A stretch of 63,835 nucleotides of DNA. It comes from an uncultured Candidatus Saccharibacteria bacterium. GTDB lineage: Bacteria > Patescibacteriota > Minisyncoccia > UBA6257 > 2-01-FULL-56-20. The DNA lies in the NCBI GenBank assembly GCA_964374065.1, contig CAYJWW010000001.1:1-63835 (forward strand), given 5' to 3'. Below, piece by piece: positions 59,469 to 63,835 of the stretch; the stretch's first letter is position 1; every line of letters starts with the position of its first letter. The position numbers and the translations under genes are program-made. The notes below the pieces were generated by a model, which worked only from the letters and a program-made list of their open reading frames with translations, did not search any database and was not told where the DNA came from.

Positions 59469-60566
59469 CTATCCTACTATAAAGTGATAAACCTCGTAAA
59501 CCGCGGCGAGAAGAAATAGCGCGGTCGCGAAATTCAGAAATATCCTCTCGTTTGGGTTCGGCCTCGACGCCTCGCGGCAGACAAGCGCGATAAGAAGATA
59601 TTGGACGCTTAGAAATATCCCCCCCGCAAGGCCCACGACCGCGAGGAAGCTTGTGAGACCGAGCGAGAAAAGCAGCGGCGGGGTCAGAAATACGATCGTC
59701 GAGGCGGCGTAGCTCGGCCATGCAAGATCGACGGCCAGGGCGTTCTTGATCTCGCGGCCGATGGGAACATATGAAGTCCAGAGCGCGATGAGCCCGAGGA
59801 TCCCGAACACAAACCGCAGTCCGTCGGGCCAACCCGCAAGACCGGAAACGGTATTCGGCGCTATGGGCAGGCCGGAACCGAGGATTCCCATCGCGAACAT
59901 AAGATAGAGGACGGCGATCCCGGCCGTGCCGGATCGCAGGGCGGGGAGAAAGCGCTTTACGCTTTTTGTCTTCTCATGGTAGTCGCGCATGGGCTCGATG
60001 GCGGTCCATCCCGTAAGGGCAAAAAGAACGGGGCCGAAAGGAAGAAGCGCGTTTGACCAATCCGCGAGAGGCGCCGCGCCGAATGACAGCGACGTCGCAT
60101 TCAGAAATACGATGCCGATCAGGGCCGCGATCGCAATCGCGCCGATCGCTTCCGCCCATGCGAACCTGCGCGGGTTTAAGGCGATCGGCAGGGTTGCAGC
60201 GAGCCAAAACACAAGGACGCCCGTCGAGCCTCCTTGAAATCCCAAAAGCTCAACGAAACCGCTCGATAAAATAAGATATACCACGAGCGCAAGAAGGAGC
60301 CCTCCTGCGATCGCCACAGAACCGAGTCCCGCCGCGGTCCTCCCGAAATGTTTCGCGAGCAGTCCCGTGAGCCCGCTCCTCCCCCTCCCCTCAAGGGAGG
60401 CCCGGGCAAAGAGCGCATGAATCTCATAGAGGATCGCGCTTAACGCGACGAGATAGAAAAGGCCCAAGAACCAGCCGGCTTTGAGAAATACGTACGGGAG
60501 CGCAAAGATACCGGCTCCTATTGTGGTCGCAACAAGAACCCCCGCGGATCCGAAGATCGCTTTCAT
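59469..60566 (-). CDS. amino-acid permease-like membrane transporter (aromatic amino acid/SdaC-like family, tentative)
   Basis: 365 aa and about 11 TM. The N-terminal motif GVLVATTIGAGIFALPYVFLKAGW is typical of this transporter family. Confidence 0.65.
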   Translation of the reverse strand: MKAIFGSAGVLVATTIGAGIFALPYVFLKAGWFLGLFYLVALSAILYEIHALFARASLEGRGRSGLTGLLAKHFGRTAAGLGSVAIAGGLLLALVVYLILSSGFVELLGFQGGSTGVLVFWLAATLPIALNPRRFAWAEAIGAIAIAALIGIVFLNATSLSFGAAPLADWSNALLPFGPVLFALTGWTAIEPMRDYHEKTKSVKRFLPALRSGTAGIAVLYLMFAMGILGSGLPIAPNTVSGLAGWPDGLRFVFGILGLIALWTSYVPIGREIKNALAVDLAWPSYAASTIVFLTPPLLFSLGLTSFLAVVGLAGGIFLSVQYLLIALVCREASRPNPNERIFLNFATALFLLAAVYEVYHFIVG

Positions 60567-60584
60567 GGCCCAGGAGATGAACCG

Positions 60585-60839
60585 CTATGCCTCGAAGACT
60601 TGATCCCCTTGCCGAACCTTTTCACTTACCTTGATGCCCACCTCCTGCCCTTTTTTCGCGCCATCGATCGCTTTGTGATCGAACTGCATCGACGCGATTG
60701 CCTCTTCAAAATCCGTGGTTGCGCCTTTGAAATGAACGGTGGATCCCGCCGCGACCGCCTTCGAGAACTTCACGATCGCGACGCCAAGGTTGCCGTAGTA
60801 GTGGGTGACTTTTCCGATCGGCTTTGTTGCTTTTGCCAT
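60585..60839 (-). CDS. small EF-Tu-domain-2-like beta-barrel protein (translation elongation factor-like), function unknown
   Basis: MAKATKPIGKVTHYYGNLGVAIVKFSKAVAAGSTVHFKG ... GQEVGIKVSEKVRQGDQVF shows a beta-barrel pattern. Start at the internal ATG at 60839. Confidence 0.6.
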   Translation of the reverse strand: MAKATKPIGKVTHYYGNLGVAIVKFSKAVAAGSTVHFKGATTDFEEAIASMQFDHKAIDGAKKGQEVGIKVSEKVRQGDQVFEA

Positions 60840-60883
60840 AATGATTGAGCGGATCAAATGCTTCGACCTTTGGTTTGCGCGCG

Positions 60884-61483
60884 CTACAACGCGAGGTGAA
60901 AGTTTTTGCGCTTCTGAACGAGCTCGATCAGCGCCCCGACGAGCTCCTTCGGGTTTTTGGAAAAGATGATCTCGCCCGCCCGTTCTTCGGCGCGGTGGGA
61001 TTGTTTCAGGATCTCCTCGATCATCTCGTCGGTGGACCAGTCTCCCTGAAGGACGCCGATCGGTTTTTTATCCTCGAACGCGATCGTGAACTCGTTGATG
61101 GTGCCGATCCTCCCGCATCCCACAATGACGGCATCCGCAGCGCGCGTGAGGAGCAGGTTTCTTCCCGAGTAGTTGAATCCCGTATACACGATGATGTCGC
61201 GATAGTCGGTCGGGAGCTTGTATGTTTCCCGATGCTCGCGCTCGGACGCGGCGGGCGAAAAGCCCACCACGATCCCTCCCGCCTCCTTCGCGCCTTTCGC
61301 CGCCCAGAAGGGAAATCCGGTGGTGGCGCCTTCAACAAGCACGCAATCGCGCCGAGCGATCTCGCGGCCGAGCTCCTCCGCGATTGCAAACGTATTTTCG
61401 GGAAAACTTGCCATATCGGCTGTCCCGGAAACGCAAATTTTATACTTTGGCTCGTAGGATGCCGATTGAGTGTTGGAACTCAT
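60884..61483 (-). CDS. LOG/TIGR00725-like Rossmann-fold protein
   Basis: ICVSGTA..., GGATTGFPFWAAKGAKEAGG and GCGRIGTINEF patterns resemble the LOG/DprA-like Rossmann family. Confidence 0.5.
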   Translation of the reverse strand: MSSNTQSASYEPKYKICVSGTADMASFPENTFAIAEELGREIARRDCVLVEGATTGFPFWAAKGAKEAGGIVVGFSPAASEREHRETYKLPTDYRDIIVYTGFNYSGRNLLLTRAADAVIVGCGRIGTINEFTIAFEDKKPIGVLQGDWSTDEMIEEILKQSHRAEERAGEIIFSKNPKELVGALIELVQKRKNFHLAL

Positions 61484-61502
61484 GTCTCTGAGGCATTATA
61501 CC

Positions 61503-62855
61503 CTATAACTCCACGCTCATTCCCTTCCGAGGCGCGGTCGCCCGGACCGCAAGCTCGTCCCGGATCTTCGAAGCCAGAGCGCCGCTGGCCTCTTCTTCCC
61601 CCTGTACCACGAACACCTGCCGCAGATTCAAACGCCGGGGGCGGAGCCACGCGAGCAAATGCGGCTGGTCGGCGTGGGCGGAATAGCCGGAGAGTATCCG
61701 CTTCTCCGCCCGAACCGGCACCTCCTCGCCGAACAGGTGGATGGATCGCGCGCCGTCCAGAATCGCACGACCCAAAGAACCCTTTCCCTGGTACCCCACG
61801 AAAAGGATCATGCTTTGGGGATCGGGGAGATAGCGCCGCTCATGATGAAGGATCCGGCCTCCGTGGGACATCCCCGAACCGGCAATGACCACCTTTGGCG
61901 AAGGAACGCTGTTTATGGCCTTTGATTCTTCCGTGGTGAGCGCGACGTGAAGACCGGGAAAGTTCAAAATATCGTCTCCCTCTCGGATAAGTTTCGAGGC
62001 CTCGGCATTGAAGTATGAGCGGTATTTTTGGTACACCGCGGTGAGCTTGATGGCAAGCGGGCTGTCGATGAAAATCGGGATGCGCGGCACGCGCTTTTCC
62101 TCCACGAGATAATTGAGGTGATACAGAAGGTCCTGGGTCCGCTCCATCGCGAACGCGGGGATGAGCAGGGTGCCGCCCGAGCGGACTATGTCTTCGATCA
62201 CATCCTCAAGCTTCTCGCGCCTGCCGAGCGTATCTTCGTGTATCCGGTTGCCGTACGTCGATTCGATCACGCAATACTCGGTGTCCGGCAACGGGTCGGT
62301 CGGCATGATGATCGGCGCCGGCGAATTGCCCAAATCTCCGGAAAACACGATCCGCGTATTACTCGCGATGTCCGTAACCTGAACGATCGAGGAGCCGAGA
62401 ATATGCCCGGCGTTCAAGAACAAAACACGGAAAGGCCCTGTTTTGAATTCCTTATAATACGGAACTCCCTGCCAGCGGTTCATGGTCGCCATAATATCGG
62501 AAGCCACATAGAGCGGCGGCCTTCCCTCGCGCTCCGCCTCTTTCGTCAGAATATGCTCGGAATCAAGAAGGAGGAGCTCCGCAAAGTCCTTTGTGGGAGG
62601 GGTCGAAAAAATCGTTCCGCGGAACCCGTCACGCGCCAGTTTCGGCAGAAGGCCGATGTGGTCGATGTGGGCATGGGTGACGCACACCGCTTCGATGCGT
62701 TTGGCGTCATAGGGGAAGCGCTCAAAGTTTTCCCGCTCCGCGTAGTGCCCGCCTTGGTGCAGGCCGCAGTCGATCAAAACCCGGTGGTCGCCGGATTCCA
62801 AAAGATAGTTCGCACCGGTCACGCTCCCCGCTCCGCCGTGGAAAGTAAGACGCAT
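61503..62855 (-). CDS. metallo-beta-lactamase / beta-CASP family RNA-processing nuclease
   Basis: LIDCG, HxHxDH (THAHIDHIG), beta-CASP motifs (ESTYG; SGMSHGGRI) and a terminal SAHAD. Confidence 0.85.
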   Translation of the reverse strand: MRLTFHGGAGSVTGANYLLESGDHRVLIDCGLHQGGHYAERENFERFPYDAKRIEAVCVTHAHIDHIGLLPKLARDGFRGTIFSTPPTKDFAELLLLDSEHILTKEAEREGRPPLYVASDIMATMNRWQGVPYYKEFKTGPFRVLFLNAGHILGSSIVQVTDIASNTRIVFSGDLGNSPAPIIMPTDPLPDTEYCVIESTYGNRIHEDTLGRREKLEDVIEDIVRSGGTLLIPAFAMERTQDLLYHLNYLVEEKRVPRIPIFIDSPLAIKLTAVYQKYRSYFNAEASKLIREGDDILNFPGLHVALTTEESKAINSVPSPKVVIAGSGMSHGGRILHHERRYLPDPQSMILFVGYQGKGSLGRAILDGARSIHLFGEEVPVRAEKRILSGYSAHADQPHLLAWLRPRRLNLRQVFVVQGEEEASGALASKIRDELAVRATAPRKGMSVEL

Positions 62856-62950
62856 GGGGGAGATTATACCATTCTCCCAGACGCCGCCTTGCGAATAATC
62901 GGGTTTAGTGATAAAAAATCCTCCGGCGTTTCCGGAACCGATTCAAGGAG

Positions 62951-63307
62951 GTGTGGACTGTGACGTGCATCTTGAAGACCAACCGGCCGCTCTGCGCATG
63001 CGTGTCCGAGGCGCTGAAGCAGAGTGCGTGGGCGCTTGCCCACGGAAAAAATGCCGAGGGCGCGATCGAGGCGCCATGCGGGAAAGGGCTCATCCGCACC
63101 GACTGGCAGGATGCCTCGCTCGCAGGCGTGAGCGGCGCGGTGTTCCATGCCTCTCTTTGCCTAAGGTCGGGCCACGAAACCGAGGTGAGTTTCATCGTCA
63201 CCTTCGGCTGTCTGGCGCAAGACGAACCGCCCGCGACCGGCGTATGGGCAAGCCACTACTTCCGGGAAGAGCCACCCCTCGTGCCGCTCTCCGCGAGAGT
63301 TCACTGA
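62951..63307 (+). CDS. hypothetical protein (about 115 aa)
   Basis: ORF behind AAGGAGG; the GTG at 62960 gives better spacing than the one at 62951. Followed by a hairpin terminator. No family recognised. Confidence 0.45.
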   Translation: MWTVTCILKTNRPLCACVSEALKQSAWALAHGKNAEGAIEAPCGKGLIRTDWQDASLAGVSGAVFHASLCLRSGHETEVSFIVTFGCLAQDEPPATGVWASHYFREEPPLVPLSARVH

Positions 63308-63355
63308 CCCCTCGCGCGGCCGCGATCGCGCAAAACCTGCGCCCAAGGATAAACG

Positions 63356-63390
63356 GCGCCGCTTAAAAAGCGGCGCTTCGCCTTATTCTG
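63356..63390 (+). terminator. intrinsic terminator
   Basis: GCGCCGCT-TAAAA-AGCGGCGC followed by TTCGCCTTATTCT. Confidence 0.6.
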
Positions 63391-63408
63391 TATAGTCGAA
63401 ACGACGGC

Positions 63409-63437
63409 TTGACTTTTAAGATACTTTGTCGTAGTAT
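63409..63437 (+). promoter_or_regulatory. sigma70-type promoter-like element
   Basis: TTGACT-17 nt-TAGTAT, upstream of the 63490 gene. Confidence 0.5.
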
Positions 63438-63489
63438 TACTAGACGATCTTTCGCACCTTGACGCAACCCATATTCCTAGGAGGCAGCT

Positions 63490-63819
63490 GTGGGAGAGAA
63501 AACGGCGGCTGCGAGGGTAAAAAAGCAGTTTCGTTTCAAAGGTGCCATCCCGAAGTTGCTGGTCGTGATCGACGAGCTCCATTGGGCAGAGGACGAAACC
63601 CAAGCGCGAGCGATGATTCACCGCATCTTCGAGGTTCGCTTTGGTCGAAAGGTTTTCTTCAGCGACGAAGACTTACTGATCGAAGCGACGGGTAGAACTT
63701 GGGTACCGCCGGAGAAAATCCCGCCGCCTGGAATCCACGCGTCGAGACGGAACCCGGAACCCAAGCCGAACGGCGTCCACAAAAACGGCGGTGTCGCGCC
63801 AAAACACGTCGCGCGATGA
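63490..63819 (+). CDS. hypothetical protein (109 aa)
   Basis: GTG start 7 nt after TAGGAGG. The N-terminal 70 aa are protein-like and the tail is Pro/Lys-rich. No family recognised. Confidence 0.5.
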   Translation: MGEKTAAARVKKQFRFKGAIPKLLVVIDELHWAEDETQARAMIHRIFEVRFGRKVFFSDEDLLIEATGRTWVPPEKIPPPGIHASRRNPEPKPNGVHKNGGVAPKHVAR

Positions 63820-63835
63820 CGCGCGAGAAAGGACT

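Noticed and set aside
62028-62963. 311-aa plus-strand ORF
   Set aside because: It is antisense to the beta-CASP nuclease gene, which has HxHxDH and beta-CASP motifs.

Overview
63.8-kb segment of a visibly high-GC bacterial chromosome. The gene set suggests a Patescibacteria/CPR (Parcubacteria-like) organism, but this is inference only. Supporting traits: bifunctional PGI/PMI, RNase Y plus RNase J, a membrane-anchored ClpC-like ATPase, a long ThyX, many 1-11 nt gene overlaps and weak SD sequences. I call about 70 CDS, 3 tRNAs (Ser-GGA, Leu-CAG, Arg-CCG) and tmRNA (ssrA) with its partner smpB. I also call a CIRCE-like operator at groES-groEL, several near-consensus sigma70-type promoters and several intrinsic terminators. 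Two short genes missing from the 60-aa ORF track were added by hand: rpmI and an SPW-repeat membrane peptide. Most of the window is housekeeping: htpX, lemA, thyX, groESL, trxB, rny, gpmI, secG, rnj, trpS, ileS, argS, smpB, malic enzyme, thrC, murB, infC-rpmI-rplT, polX, clpC-like, udg and cell-envelope glycosyltransferases. Five accessory or unusual patches stand out. (1) 42.0-49.1 kb, between ssrA and murB, is an island of orphan genes. It also holds a Mu Gam-like DNA-end-binding protein and a 907-aa fusion of a PD-(D/E)xK nuclease-like region to a DnaG-type primase (zf-CHC2 + TOPRIM). The module is bracketed by DnaA-box/iteron-like repeats, and no integrase is recognised. (2) 39.2-41.5 kb, at the 3' flank of ssrA, is a sharply low-GC patch. 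It holds a degenerate GIY-YIG gene and a 600-aa Cys-rich protein gene bracketed by 21-bp perfect inverted repeats. (3) IleS carries a complete histidine-phosphatase (PGAM-like) domain nested inside its catalytic core. (4) 25.0-26.7 kb is an orphan two-gene operon behind a perfect 38-bp AT-rich palindrome. (5) 35.6-36.9 kb holds two standalone orphan genes. No CRISPR array, rRNA, integrase or transposase was recognised. All protein family calls rest on motif recognition by eye; no searches were run.
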